A DNA stretch of 63,846 bases, filler included, from Octopus bimaculoides (GCF_001194135.2; 4 parts of 4 records of this genome joined end to end with filler, not necessarily neighbours in it), one strand, 5' to 3'. Positions 48,290-62,113 are shown, numbered from the whole stretch's first letter. Notes: a model not told the origin generated them from the sequence alone. A program made the numbers and translations.

Positions 48290-48630
48290 TGTTTGTGTAG
48301 GTAATTAAAACTTCTCCCTTGTCTAGTGTTAATTTATTTTTCGGAGTAAATATTTGGTATAATTCCTTTAGGCCCAAAATTGCATCTTTTGTCCACTATT
48401 TTATAAGGTTTCGCAGCATTAATAATTTCCAGTTTTAATGAATGTTTAATATTTTCATTCTTAAGCGACCATGTAAGCTTGCTAAGAGTTGTAAATTTTC
48501 TAGTATTATTTCTAAACGAACATTCATGATTTGCTATTCTTTGTTTTATAGAGCATGAGCTAGCACTAACATAACAATATTTATTTTTACCTGTTGTGAC
48601 TACACATCTATAGACGCTATTTTTTACTTT
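48290..48630 (-). mobile_element. Penelope-like (Poseidon-type) GIY-YIG endonuclease fragment
   Basis: Open stretch NSVYRCVVTTGKNKYCYVSASSCSIKQRIANHECSFR..TTLSKLTWSLKNENI..LEIINAAKPY..KRCN. Confidence 0.8.
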
Positions 48631-48796
48631 ACAGTCATTTTAAAATTTGCATTTCGTTTTCCTAGCGCAGTCATATTTTCCATGTACTAAGCTATCTATA
48701 ATGTTTGTGTTTGTCCTATATTTTTGCTGATTATCTTTATTATTAATGTTTTCATAACAGTCGCTACTCTTACTAGTCACCCGACTAAGCCTCATT

Positions 48797-48895
48797 AGAA
48801 TATTAGTGGAGGGGATAAATCAATTACGTCGACTCCAGTATTCCACTGGTACTTATTTTATCGACCCCGAAAGAATGAAAGGTAAAGTTGACCTC
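48797..48895 (-). mobile_element. SINE family C fragment fused to the following family A copy
   Basis: Matches 22600-22670; the junction is at the shared cctcgg. Confidence 0.7.
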
Positions 48896-48953
48896 GGGCC
48901 GACCAAAGCCTTGTGAGTGGATTTGGTAGACGGAAACTGAAAGAAGCCCGTCG

Positions 48954-49017
<64 letters not shown>

Positions 49018-49237
49018 TGTATATGTTTGTGTGTCTATGTTTGTCTCCCCAACATAGCTTGTTAACCGGTGCTGGTGTGTTTACGCCCCCGTAACATAGC
49101 GGGTCGGTAAAAGAAACCGATAGAATAAGTACTAAGCTTACAAAGAATAAGTCCTGGGGTCCATTTGCTCGACTAAAGGCGGTGCTCCAGCATGGCCACA
49201 GTCAGTGAGTAAAAGAGAGTAAAGGAGAAAAAGAAGT
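48893..49237 (+). mobile_element. SINE family A, 5'-truncated
   Basis: Family A body and tail. Confidence 0.88.
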
Positions 49238-49438
49238 ATANNNNNNNNNNNNNNNNNNNNNNNNNNNNNNNNNNNNNNNNNNNNNNNNNNNNNNNNNNNN
49301 NNNNNNNNNNNNNNNNNNNNNNNNNNNNNNNNNNNNNNNNNNNNNNNNNNNNNNNNNNNNNNNNNNNNNNNNNNNNNNNNNNNNNNNNNNNNNNNNNNNN
49401 NNNNNNNNNNNNNNNNNNNNNNNNNNNNNNNNNNNNNN

Positions 49439-49544
<106 letters not shown>

Positions 49545-49919
49545 TGTGTGTGGGTGTGTATAGATACACACATATAAATACATGTATATATACATATATA
49601 TGTATACATACTCACATACACACACACATACACACACACACACACAAACACATACACACACATATATTAGAAAGTGTGATGGTAAGAATTGTTGTGTATC
49701 AATGTGTGCATTGTAAAATTTGCTACGCACACAGATACATATAGAGATCGATTACATATATAGTAGGCGTATAAGATGGATTCAGTGAATAGTGCGAGTA
49801 CCACAGTAAGCTCACGTAAGAACTCTGTTCTCAGTTCATGTTGTATTGCGTTAAGACATGTATTTAGGAAAAACATTGTGCGTATATAGTTATAGAAACA
49901 TACTGTATAAGTAGTTAAG

Positions 49920-50300
49920 CAAAACAAAATATATAAGTTCTTTACCACTACACTTGGTAAAGAATATGTTTATATTGGTGCGTTCCTCTTCCTCATACAA
50001 ACTTCGCCTGAATAATAATCTACATTCAAGCATAAAAATAATGGCCAACATTTAGACTAAAATAAGGCTAGTAGCACATCTTTATCTAAATCTACAGATT
50101 CTCTCATTCATAATAACAGTAGATATAGAATTGCTTGATCCATCATATATAATCACAGCTATATAAAGTGGGGTGTTCGCTAAGGGCTCTATGTATCTGA
50201 GGCGTTCCAAATTGTTAGAATTAAATCGATTATTAATCAACGTGACAAATTGATTATAAGATGCCACTGTCTTAGAAATAAATCTTTACTATAGCTTATG
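49920..50300 (+). mobile_element. Penelope-like (Poseidon-type) GIY-YIG fragment, degenerate
   Basis: IYKFFTTTLGKEYVYIGA..SYKLRLNN, STSLSK..YRIA*SII and INQRDKLIIRCHCLRNK. Confidence 0.65.
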
Positions 50301-52013
50301 GATATCTAACCATAAATTGTCTGATCAGACGTACGCCGATATATCCCATGACTTTGATTAATTCTGTGAAACAGAACTCTGTTTCCACTTTGTGATGTAG
50401 TGTATTTGATCATAAACTGTCATTCCACTGTTATATAAAACTACGTAATGACTTCAGATATTTAATATTCAATCCCTTCATACCCATATATTGTACACCT
50501 CAATTTAATACATTTAAGTATTACTAAAGTAGACACTCTTGGGTGACAACCCTGCTTCTGTTATTCTAAACCTTACACTCACACTTGATTGTTGGAATCT
50601 TAGATACTATTTATTATGATGCATGATATTTATATTTGATATTTAATAATATATTTGATATATTCATCTGATGGAAGTGTTTACTCTTTAAATTTAGTGA
50701 TTGGCTATATGTATCTATCTGCTTTCGTATATATGTACACGCATGTACATTGATGCACCTGTGTGTAGACGGATTCGTCTTGGTGCGTATGCGTCCCCGT
50801 GCTTATTTATAGACATAAGCGCACATGGGTATCTCAGTGCATATATTTATGTATATATATATATATATGGTAGATGTGAGTGCGTTTATGTATATATTTA
50901 TGTTATATAGGTATGTGACTGTATACGAGTGTGTACATATTGTTTGAACGTATATATATATTTGTAAATATATAATTATATATGAATACATTTGTGGATG
51001 TATGCATGTGGATGTATATGTATATAGATTTAAGTATGTGCATGCGTATGCATGAGTATATCTATGCATTTACGAGTATCTAAATAGTAATATGCACCAA
51101 CGTTTCTGTTTATATGCTACGTACGAGTTATATCAATTTATATTTTAAAAATCTGTACCTATTTTATTTTCTGCTTATTTTATATACATTTATATACGAG
51201 CGCATGCAGATGTATTTATATGCGTATGTTATGTACATATGTGTGTATATGTATGCTTGTATATGCTTGTATGGGTGTGTCTATTTGTGTTTGTATATAT
51301 ATATGTACATTTACACATACATGCATACACAGACACACACACACACAAATATATGCATATATGTATATATGAGTATTTGGGATTCTTTACATGTATGGTT
51401 TTATTTCTCCAGCCCTGTCACTTCCCGCACTCTATGTATATCTATATATCTATATATATATATATANNNNNNNNNNNNNNNNNNNNNNNNNNNNNNNNNN
51501 NNNNNNNNNNNNNNNNNNNNNNNNNNNNNNNNNNNNNNNNNNNNNNNNNNNNNNNNNNNNNNNNNNNNNNNNNNNNNNNNNNNNNNNNNNNNNNNNNNNN
51601 NNNNNNNNNNNNNNNNNNNNNNNNNNNNNNNNNNNNNNNNNNNNNNNNNNNNNNNNNNNNNNNNNNNNNNNNNNNNNNNNNNNNNNNNNNNNNNNNNNNN
51701 NNNNNNNNNNNNNNNNNNNNNNNNNNNNNNNNNNNNNNNNNNNNNNNNNNNNNNNNNNNNNNNNNNNNNNNNNNNNNNNNNNNNNNNNNNNNNNNNNNNN
51801 NNNNNNNNNNNNNNNNNNNNNNNNNNNNNNNNNNNNNNNNNNNNNNNNNNNNNNNNNNNNNNNNNNNNNNNNNNNNNNNNNNNNNNNNNNNNNNNNNNNN
51901 NNNNNNNNNNNNNNNNNNNNNNNNNNNNNNNNNNNNNNNNNNNNNNNNNNNNNNNNNNNNNNNNNNNNNNNNNNNNNNNNNNNNCAAATGACTGAAACAA
52001 GTAAAAGATTAAA

Positions 52014-52060
<47 letters not shown>

Positions 52061-52495
52061 CATACATATGTGTATATAAAGATTTTTCGAATAATGACGT
52101 ATTTGTAATAAGTATATACTATAAGTTTACTACCAAAATTCCTACTTAAATTGGAACTGTGGGATTGAGGTTGCTTATGAAAGATGGCTAGAAGTTGTTC
52201 ATCGTATAGCGGGTAGATATGTCTCAGAAATAGAGCATAAAGAGGCAAAGTATGTGGAATCACTTTAGAGCATTTAATTTATAAAAATTTAAACATACTT
52301 AGAGTAGTGATAGCAAATACGTATTTACTATGTTTAAATCATACTGCACTATGTTTAAATCAGAAATTCAATGCACGAAAATGATTCGACATGCTTTGGT
52401 TGTTATGGTCTATTTCTGATATATATATAAATTGACAGAATGGCATAAATAAACGAAGGAATTATATAGATTTCATAACATTTATCAAGAAAAGG

Positions 52496-52541
52496 TCTTA
52501 CAGCTATTTCCGGGATATTTTATATATCCCTTCATCAGAGA
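52496..52541 (-). ncRNA. Compact type I hammerhead motif
   Basis: UCU-CUGAUGA-A-GGGAUAU-AUAAA-AUAUCCC-G-GAAAU-AGCU-GUA-AGA: 7-bp stem II, palindromic AGCU loop, 3-bp stem I. Confidence 0.65.
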
Positions 52542-53454
52542 TGTTGCGAGAAGATGTTTGAGTATTAATTATTGTAGAGAAGATATGAAATACAGAGGGA
52601 GTAAGAGAATGGTTATAGAAGCGAGATACATAAGGATATTATTGTGTTTTCAGTTCCATTATTCAAGTAGAATGGTGTATATAAGCGGTGAAAAAATGTT
52701 TTGGTGAAGAAATTGAGGGGGAATAAAGAATCCAAGTTGTTATAGACATGTGTAGCAAGTTAGTAGGAAGAGAAAGAAAGAGTGTATATGTTTGAATATG
52801 TATACACACATACATACGTACACACACATGGATATATATATATATANNNNNNNNNNNNNNNNNNNNNNNNNNNNNNNNNNNNNNNNNNNNNNNNNNNNNN
52901 NNNNNNNNNNNNNNNNNNNNNNNNNNNNNNNNNNNNNNNNNNNNNNNNNNNNNNNNNNNNNNNNNNNNNNNNNNNNNNNNNNNNNNNNNNNNNNNNNNNN
53001 NNNNNNNNNNNNNNNNNNNNNNNNNNNNNNNNNNNNNNNNNNNNNNNNNNNNNNNNNNNNNNNNNNNNNNNNNNNNNNNNNNNNNNNNNNNNNNNNNNNN
53101 NNNNNNNNNNNNNNNNNNNNNNNNNNNNNNNNNNNNNNNNNNNNNNNNNNNNNNNNNNNNNNNNNNNNNNNNNNNNNNNNNNNNNNNNNNNNNNNNNNNN
53201 NNNNNNNNNNNNNNNNNNNNNNNNNNNNNNNNNNNNNNNNNNNNNNNNNNNNNNNNNNNNNNNNNNNNNNNNNNNNNNNNNNNNNNNNNNNNNNNNNNNN
53301 NNNNNNNNNNNNNNNNNNNNNNNNNNNNNNNNNNNNNNNNNNNNNNNNNNNNNNNNNNNNNNNNNNNNNNNNNNNNNNNNNNNNNNNNNNNNNNNNNNNN
53401 NNNNNNNTATATATATATATATATATATATTACAAATAATGTGTGAGTATATGC

Positions 53455-53650
53455 ATATCTAGGTACAGGTCGTCACAAAAAAACGTGGATAAAATGAGGA
53501 GTAGAACACAAAGAGAGCACAGAAAACAAACAGGCCACATAGAGAAAATTTCCGTCATCAGCTGCCACCATCCTAAAACTAAGTGTTTCGAAGAGTTAGG
53601 GCAGGACGCATTGTTAGAATGGCTCTTCCCGTGGAAAAAATTAAATTTGT
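53455..53650 (+). mobile_element. Repeat family G copy (diverged)
   Basis: ggtacagg..tcatcagc..tgtttcgaag..cttccc; related to 20492-20735. Confidence 0.55.
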
Positions 53651-54044
53651 AATGCGGATGAATAAGTGGCGAACAGAAAACATGATAGGAAAACGAAACA
53701 GTGAAAATAAACAAGTAGGGATATAAGGCCAGACGTGAAAAAATATATATGTATAATGAACACTGTGATGTGACGAACTGAAAGGAAGAGGGAAGAAAAA
53801 GGTTCGTGCGAGTTTGGCAGTGGCCAAGATAAGAAAGGAAGCAGTAGCCGGACACATGTGACCAGCGAGAGGCAAGGAGAGAGAGTGGTAGAGAGAGAAA
53901 AGAAGGGGAGGAAGTATAATATAGGTGAGCAACGAGAGACACGGAGGAAGAGAGAGATATAGTAGTGAAGGGGAGAGGCGAAGAACAACCGAAGGAAGAG
54001 CGGGAGGTGTAGAAAGATTCAAAGATAGATAGAGTCGCGTCTGA

Positions 54045-54280
54045 AATATAAAGGACTGTTCCAACGAAGTCGCGTAATGTCCTTGCCCTCGAAACGCGGA
54101 GTAGATGAAACAGGGACAACTGACGAAGGAAGATACTCTTTATGTTGCATGTCTTGTTTCTCTGTTTGTTTTTTTTCGTTGTTCGATAAAAGTTCGTTTT
54201 CTGTTTTCGATTTTAAGTTTTCCTTTCTCATTGTGTTTAACGTTTTTTTTTTAATGTCCTGTACCCATATATGCATATAT
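54045..54280 (-). mobile_element. Repeat family G copy
   Basis: Reverse complement aligns with 20492-20720. Confidence 0.8.
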
Positions 54281-55299
54281 GTATACATATAGATGTAGGT
54301 TTTACATATATGTATGGATATATGCATATACCTATATATTATTTATATTATATTATATATATANNNNNNNNNNNNNNNNNNNNNNNNNNNNNNNNNNNNN
54401 NNNNNNNNNNNNNNNNNNNNNNNNNNNNNNNNNNNNNNNNNNNNNNNNNNNNNNNNNNNNNNNNNNNNNNNNNNNNNNNNNNNNNNNNNNNNNNNNNNNN
54501 NNNNNNNNNNNNNNNNNNNNNNNNNNNNNNNNNNNNNNNNNNNNNNNNNNNNNNNNNNNNNNNNNNNNNNNNNNNNNNNNNNNNNNNNNNNNNNNNNNNN
54601 NNNNNNNNNNNNNNNNNNNNNNNNNNNNNNNNNNNNNNNNNNNNNNNNNNNNNNNNNNNNNNNNNNNNNNNNNNNNNNNNNNNNNNNNNNNNNNNNNNNN
54701 NNNNNNNNNNNNNNNNNNNNNNNNNNNNNNNNNNNNNNNNNNNNNNNNNNNNNNNNNNNNNNTATATATATATATATGTATATGACTGGCTGAATGGCAC
54801 TCCGTCAGTTACGACGATGAGTGTTCGAGTTGATCTGTTCAACGAAACCCTACTCGTAAAACTAACGTGCAATACGAGGTTAAGAGTGTGTATGTGTACG
54901 TACTTAGTTTACTCCCACTAATAAGCATACTGAGATGCGACTTACGTGAGTAAAATGGTTGCAAATTCAAACCCTTTTCATGGTGCTTTGTTACCTTGCT
55001 GTTTTCTATAGAAGTTTATTGTTGAATTTAATCTTTCGTATTAGTTTATCCTCCCCGTTTGTATGCATTTATTCATGAATACTGGAGTATCTTCAGTTCA
55101 TCAAATTTACTATCCCCTACATACTCAGCTGTAAAATTACTTTGGCAAAATAATCTTTCATATTATTTGCATAGTTTTATATATTTTGCTAATTTATTTT
55201 TACTCTATCTGTAATCTTTACTTGATCTTATCTTCTATCTAGCAGGTCTGGCCTCTCATACATTGTATATATAAACCGGATTTTGACTTTGATGTTCCG

Positions 55300-55452
55300 G
55301 TGATCTGATGAGCTAGCTATCTATAATTTGTGAATATACAAATGGAATGCATGATAATGAGCACGACATATTAATGTAAACATGTAATATATTTTCTTGC
55401 ACACTGAACTCTGATACTACTTTAAAAAAAGTTACGAAACGGCCGTAATCAT
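55300..55452 (+). ncRNA. Type I hammerhead-like motif with a long, decayed stem II region
   Basis: GUGAU-CUGAUGA-G..(about 124 nt)..C-GAAAC-GGCC-GUA-AUCAU; palindromic GGCC loop. Confidence 0.45.
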
Positions 55453-55517
55453 ATGGAAACCACATGGTTAAATAAATAAAGAATATATTCAAATTTTAAA
55501 CCTCCTACGCATAAACA

Positions 55518-55733
55518 CAGTCATGACCAAAAGTTTGAAACCTAGGTCTGAAAATTAAAATTTTTATATTAAGTGCCTAAAATTATATTTAATTTGCAAT
55601 ATATCATTACCTGGCCATAAGTTTGGAGCATAGGCCTGAAAATTATTAGATGAGTATATATTTGTGTCGAATTGTACTTTGGCATAACAATTTTAATTTT
55701 TAAAATGATGTTTCAAACTTTAGGTGACGACTG
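55518..55733. mobile_element. Tc1/mariner-type MITE, 216 bp
   Basis: 24-bp TIRs cagtcatgaccaaaagtttgaaac and gtttcaaactttaggtgacgactg (21/24 match); TA on the right flank, CA on the left. Confidence 0.8.
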
Positions 55734-56288
55734 TACACACACACATTTCATATACGTGTTTATGAGTATATTAGTATATATGAATATATGTATATGTGTA
55801 TATATAGAAAAACCTATATAAAGAATAAGAATATTAGACAGTGGAGTGTTTTTATCTTTTGAAGTGCAGTTACCGATATATTATGACAGAGATTGAGATA
55901 TAGCTGTGGAGTAATTATTCCCATAGAAAAGAGATAATACAAGCAGAATATCAAATAATCTTTATTTCAATAACAAAAATCAACCAGGTACATTATGCTA
56001 CAACCTTGTTGTATACTAGTGTATATTTATCACACCTCAGGTATATGTAAGTAAAATGAAGATGAGAACATAATTAGAGAAGGCATCAATATACTAGCTG
56101 AGATTTTCAATTTCAATAAGTTTCCTTTCATGTAAACATACACGAACTCTCCATTTTCATCTTCTTACACATAATAGATAACTCATAACGTACACAAATA
56201 CATATGTATTTTAAAAAAACTACATATACACACGCAAATATATATATATATATACGCATGCATAATATATATATATATATACGCATGC

Positions 56289-56338
<50 letters not shown>

Positions 56339-56769
56339 CATACATACATACACATATATAAATATATATTCCGAGGGGAAATAAGCTAAAGTTTCACTCA
56401 TATGTATATATGCAGTTACGTTGGATACATAATTTTAGATACTTTGTATTGTAAGGAAGTGTACGCGCACATGTGTTTTTTCTACTAAGTAAAATAAAGC
56501 TAAGACAAGAATTCAAAATGTCAGAGTAGCTTCATAATATCATTACGTTTTATTTAATATCTTTCAGTGAGAAAACTGATAAGACATAGTTTCAAGCGGA
56601 ACAAATGGACATAGAAGGAGAAAACATTACAAAGATGAAATAAATTTGTTTTTTAACAACGATGTTTGGCGGCTCTTTACAAAAAAATAATGAACTAACT
56701 CTTAAAAAATGTCGATTAGTTCTTTAATCTACTTGAAAAATGATATCTATTCCCCTCCCCTTCTTCTTC

Positions 56770-57400
56770 TTCTTATTATTATTTCAGTAGTTCATGGTAT
56801 TTTATTTATTAGGTATTTTATTTTAAAGTTTGGTGACAACAAGTCTCCTCAAATCACAAGAATATGGGTTGTGGTATTATCTGCAGGTCGACAATGCAAA
56901 TTTCAATTCCAATCGCTTTCACTCTTTTAGGTAATGTTTTGAGTGTTGTCCGGCTAACATGACAATCAAATTGTTTGCCTACGCAGTCATGTCAGCGCTT
57001 ATACTCCTTTTGTGCTAATGTACTGCACTCACTCAAAATATGTTTTGTTTCCTTTCCTCCAGATTCTACGTTTGCTGTCTTACTTAGTTTTGTCAAACTT
57101 TGCCTTTAACAGATTTGTTCGAAGAGTTTATTCCTGAGCGGTTAACTTAGTGTTTCTATTTTTCGTTCAAGTTTCCGCCCGTCAAACAAAGCCAGCAAAC
57201 TCCCTCAGTTAGTAGCCTGATTTGACCATGTAGTTCCACTTCTTTCCATTTGTTTGTTCTGTTGTACTTCCTTTTCTCTTTGAATTCTCCTACTGTTTCA
57301 GTCATTTTTTGAGTACTTCTGGCTGCCAATAGTGTTCTTCTTCTTTTACTCTTTACAACAAAGCTCCTCCGACTCAGCATCACAATATCAACAGAACCTT
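56770..57400 (-). mobile_element. R4/Dong-clade 3' fragment, degenerate
   Basis: NKWKEVELHGQ..WLCLTGGNL, KETKHILSECS.LAQKEYKR*HDCVG; short aataataata tail. Confidence 0.75.
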
Positions 57401-57666
57401 CCACGTTTAATGATTAGCTATAACCTTTCCTTCTTGGCCGATAGATTTATTTAAACGCTCCCATGTAAATTTTGCGTTCTTCGATTCCATGTCTAAAATT
57501 TCTAACAGGAAATGTTTTACATATCTCTCCTATATGTACAATTTTGTAACTCCAATAAATAAATGAAACATGTGTCATGGTGAATAAATTATATCAGAAG
57601 GTTTTTCTAGTCTCCTGTTTTATTATGTGTATGTGTGTGTGTGTGAGTCTGTGTGTGTATATATGT

Positions 57667-57701
<35 letters not shown>

Positions 57702-57801
57702 NNNNNNNNNNNNNNNNNNNNNNNNNNNNNNNNNNNNNNNNNNNNTTAATTAATTAANNNNNNNNNNNNNNNNNNNNNNNNNNNNNNNNNNNNNNNNNNN
57801 N
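57702..57801. other. Artificial 100-bp assembly linker
   Basis: 44N-TTAATTAATTAA-44N. Confidence 0.95.
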
Positions 57802-58570
57802 ATTTTCTGCGTTTAGCGGAGCGGTGTCAACTTTAAGGTTGTACCCTGTGATATTTAGAGTTTAGCGTCTGACCTGTTCATTGTAGGTTTCTAAATAAAT
57901 AAAAAAATACCTAATAAAATCAACATGCTTCATCTTATTGTTTCTTTTGTCTCTTCATTGATTGTATAGTTTCATTATTTTTTTATAATTTGTTATATTA
58001 ATATATTTGTCTGCATGTGTTTACTCTATGCGTACTTCAATATTATGTACACCTGTCGTGTGTTTGTGTACATCATTAATATATATAAGTGCATACGGAT
58101 CTATATATTCATATATAAGTTTATATATACATTTATGCATTCATGTGTGTGTGTGTGAAGGGCGAATCTGTCTCCAAAACTTCAAAGTTGAATAACGTTT
58201 TCATGCTTGGATTTGTAAATTACGATAAGATTAACACAAGTCAACAAAGAATTTGCCCCAAAGAATAGAACATCTGTATCCTATACGTTTTTGCATGCAT
58301 AATTCAAAAGTAATGTCAAATTAGCTGTATCACCCACAGTTCCTGTTCCACGATACCCCCTCTCAGTTCCTGTTACGTGGGCTAAATTTCAGTTAAGCTG
58401 TTAAAGCTTACGGTTTAAGAAATACTCCTAATTGAAATTTTTCATGAACAGAATTAACCTAGTGAAATCATAAATCCAGCTGAGTCAACGAGTCCCAAAA
58501 ATATACGAAATAAAAAGAAAATGTAAAAATACTAACACAGAAAAAAGCACAGAAAAATATGTAATATACT

Positions 58571-58880
58571 TGTTGCTGTTGTTGTTGGTGGCACTCCGTC
58601 GCTTACGACGTCGAGGGTTCCAGTTGATACGATCAACGGAACAGCCTGCTCGTGAAATTAACGTGCAAGTGGCTGACCACTCCACAGACACGTGTACCCT
58701 TAACGTAGTTCTCGGGGGGATATTCAGCGTGACACAGGGTGTGACAAGGCTGACCCTTTGAATTACAGGCACAACAGAAACAGGAAGAAAGAAGGAGAGA
58801 AAGTTGTGGTGGAAGAGTACAGCAGGGTTCGCCACCATCCCCCTGCCGGAGCCTCGTGGGACTTTAGGTGTTTTCGCTCA
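58571..58880. mobile_element. Family E repeat (runs into a gap)
   Basis: Near-identical to 12659-12925. Confidence 0.88.
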
Positions 58881-59422
58881 NNNNNNNNNNNNNNNNNNNN
58901 NNNNNNNNNNNNNNNNNNNNNNNNNNNNNNNNNNNNNNNNNNNNNNNNNNNNNNNNNNNNNNNNNNNNNNNNNNNNNNNNNNNNNNNNNNNNNNNNNNNN
59001 NNNNNNNNNNNNNNNNNNNNNNNNNNNNNNNNNNNNNNNNNNNNNNNNNNNNNNNNNNNNNNNNNNNNNNNNNNNNNNNNNNNNNNNNNNNNNNNNNNNN
59101 NNNNNNNNNNNNNNNNNNNNNNNNNNNNNNNNNNNNNNNNNNNNNNNNNNNNNNNNNNNNNNNNNNNNNNNNNNNNNNNNNNNNNNNNNNNNNNNNNNNN
59201 NNNNNNNNNNNNNNNNNNNNNNNNNNNNNNNNNNNNNNNNNNNNNNNNNNNNNNNNNNNNNNNNNNNNNNNNNNNNNNNNNNNNNNNNNNNNNNNNNNNN
59301 NNNNNNNNNNNNNNNNNNNNNNNNNNNNNNNNNNNNNNNNNNNNNNNNNNNNNNNNNNNNNNNNNNNNNNNNNNNNNNNNNNNNNNNNNNNNNNNNNNNN
59401 NNNNNNNNNNNNNNNNNNNNNN

Positions 59423-59775
59423 CGACAGAATAAGTACTAGGCTTACAAAGAATAAGTCCTGGGGGTCGATTTCTTCGACTGAAAGGCGGTGCTCCAGCAT
59501 GGCCGCAGTCAAAATGACTAAAGCAAGTATAAGAGTAGCTTCCAGCCGACTAATACCTTGACAGTGGATTTGATATGTAGAAACTTTGTAGAAACCTGTT
59601 GAGTGTGTGTGTGTGTGTGTGGATGTGTGAGTGTGTGTGTGCCCGCGTGTGTGTGGATGTGCGAGTGTGTGCCCGCGTCTGTGTCCCACCCACTCACCAA
59701 CTGATAAGCGGTGTTGTTTTGTTTACGTCCCCGTAATATAGCGATTCGGCTAGAGTGATCGACGGAATCGTTGCT
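59423..59775 (+). mobile_element. SINE family A pieces
   Basis: 3' part at 59423-59527 plus degenerate body fragments. Confidence 0.7.
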
Positions 59776-60027
59776 AGATTTGAAAGCAAAAACTGCGGGT
59801 CACATGTTCGGCGAAAACTTCAAGTGAGGGCAAGTAAAAGGTAAAAAGATACGTTCTGTTTACCCGTTGTTTCAAGATCTTCTTACATACTCTCTCACAC
59901 ACAGACACACACACACACTTGTATGTTTTAACTAATGACCGCATCAAAGGAATAATGAATGGGGAGATCAACAAGAAGAGCTTGAGAGAGAGAGAGAGAG
60001 AGAGGGGGGGCGCAATAAGAAAGCTAC

Positions 60028-60224
60028 TAAGCTGTAAATGAGAGAGAAGGGATTAGGATCTTGTTGCCTTCCATGCAACGTGATACGAGTTTCAAGACTT
60101 GCAATTGGCCAGCACGTATTTTGTGAAAACGCATTCACGTGGAAACGGTGATAGATATACGTATGTCCAGAGAGAGCTTACGAGACAAACAGAGAGAGAC
60201 ATAGGTTTATAAGTAGACACACAC

Positions 60225-60284
<60 letters not shown>

Positions 60285-60554
60285 GTAACTATTTTCCTAT
60301 GTCGATATATCTCTAGTTATTTATTAATTCATATCTAGTTACCCATTGACGCATCTCAGTCAGTATGTATGTATGCATGCATGTATGTATGTATCGATCC
60401 ATCCATCTATCAATCAATCACTATTGTTTTTAGATATCGATATCTAGATATTCATCTTTCTATCTATCCATGAACCAATCAATTCATCTGTCATCTACGA
60501 ATCTGACTATCTATATAATTAGCTATTCATCTATCTATCTCTCGCTCTATCTAC

Positions 60555-60594
<40 letters not shown>

Positions 60595-60741
60595 TTAACT
60601 ACCTACCTACCTACCTACCTACCTACCACGTGAATGCATTTTCACAAAAACACACGTTGGCCAATTGTAAGTCTTGAAACTCGAATCACGTTGCATGGAA
60701 AATGACAGGATTCTAATCCCTTCTCTCTCACTTACAGCTTA
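60028..60741. mobile_element. Foldback/MITE-like element: arms of about 115 bp (60028-60142 and 60626-60741) around a microsatellite core
   Basis: The arms are reverse complements; inner (GATA)n and (TATC)n are also mutually inverted. Confidence 0.8.
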
Positions 60742-60929
60742 AACGTTTCCCTCAGCCTTTCACTCACTCACTCACTTACTTTCTCTTACACACACACACA
60801 CACACATTTACTCTCTTTCGTTCATTAATTAACGCATATTTGTGTGTGTGCGTGTGTGTGTGTGTTTGTGTTTAAGATTGCAGAAAGACGCTGAAAGTAC
60901 ATGCTAACAGGGCGTAAGTGTAGAAATGA

Positions 60930-60960
<31 letters not shown>

Positions 60961-61468
60961 NNNNNNNNNNNNNNNNNNNNNNNNNNNNNNNNNNNNNNNN
61001 NNNNNNNNNNNNNNNNNNNNNNNNNNNNNNNNNNNNNNNNNNNNNNNNNNNNNNNNNNNNNNNNNNNNNNNNNNNNNNNNNNNNNNNNNNNNNNNNNNNN
61101 NNNNNNNNNNNNNNNNNNNNNNNNNNNNNNNNNNNNNNNNNNNNNNNNNNNNNNNNNNNNNNNNNNNNNNNNNNNNNNNNNNNNNNNNNNNNNNNNNNNN
61201 NNNNNNNNNNNNNNNNNNNNNNNNNNATACATATATATACATATACATATATATACATATATATACCTATCTATACATAAATATATATATATATATACAT
61301 ACATATATGAATATATAGATAGATATATACATACACATATATGTATCTCTATACATATAGATATACATATCTGTTCATATATATATATATATACACGCAT
61401 ATATATACACATGCATTCAAATATACATATATTTACATATATATGTATATATGCATACACAAGTACGT

Positions 61469-61499
<31 letters not shown>

Positions 61500-61572
61500 G
61501 TTTTTGTAAGTATATGTAGACATGTGTATAAGGAACACGACCAGAAGACGAAGATTTTAGAGGGAAAAGCAA

Positions 61573-61672
61573 NNNNNNNNNNNNNNNNNNNNNNNNNNNN
61601 NNNNNNNNNNNNNNNNTTAATTAATTAANNNNNNNNNNNNNNNNNNNNNNNNNNNNNNNNNNNNNNNNNNNN
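61573..61672. other. Artificial 100-bp assembly linker
   Basis: 44N-TTAATTAATTAA-44N. Confidence 0.95.
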
Positions 61673-61674
61673 AA

Positions 61675-61840
61675 GACCAGCAGTTTCGAACCCTCCGCAT
61701 AACTACTACTTTATTTTATCGACTCTGAAGAATTGAAATGCAAAGTTATCCTCGGCGGGATTTGAACTCAGCGCGTAAAGAATCGGAGCAGATACCCCAA
61801 AGCTTTTCTTCCGATGCGCTAACGATTCTGCCAATCTACC
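61675..61840 (-). mobile_element. SINE family C, diverged
   Basis: ggcagaatcgttagcgcatcgg..gagttcaaatcccgccgagg on the minus strand. Confidence 0.7.
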
Positions 61841-62113
61841 ACATGAAAGGGATGTGATATAATGGTTTCTTATTTAGGCACAAGGCCAGCAACTTTTATT
61901 GAGGGTAGGGGTAAGTTACTAGAGGCAATAACAACAGACACAAACAGCGCCACCTCTCCTCCACCGTCGCTGCCCGTGCAGGGGTCTTACGGTTGGGTTA
62001 GAATTAGGGTTAGGGTTAAGTCGTTGTTATGGTCGTAGTCGGTTGTGATTTCTTTTTCATTGTCTTCGTCGTCGACATCATCATCATCATCATCATCATT
62101 ATTATCAACAACA

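Noticed and set aside
61985-62018. TTAGGG-like hexamers
   Set aside because: Only two or three imperfect units; too short to call an interstitial telomere.
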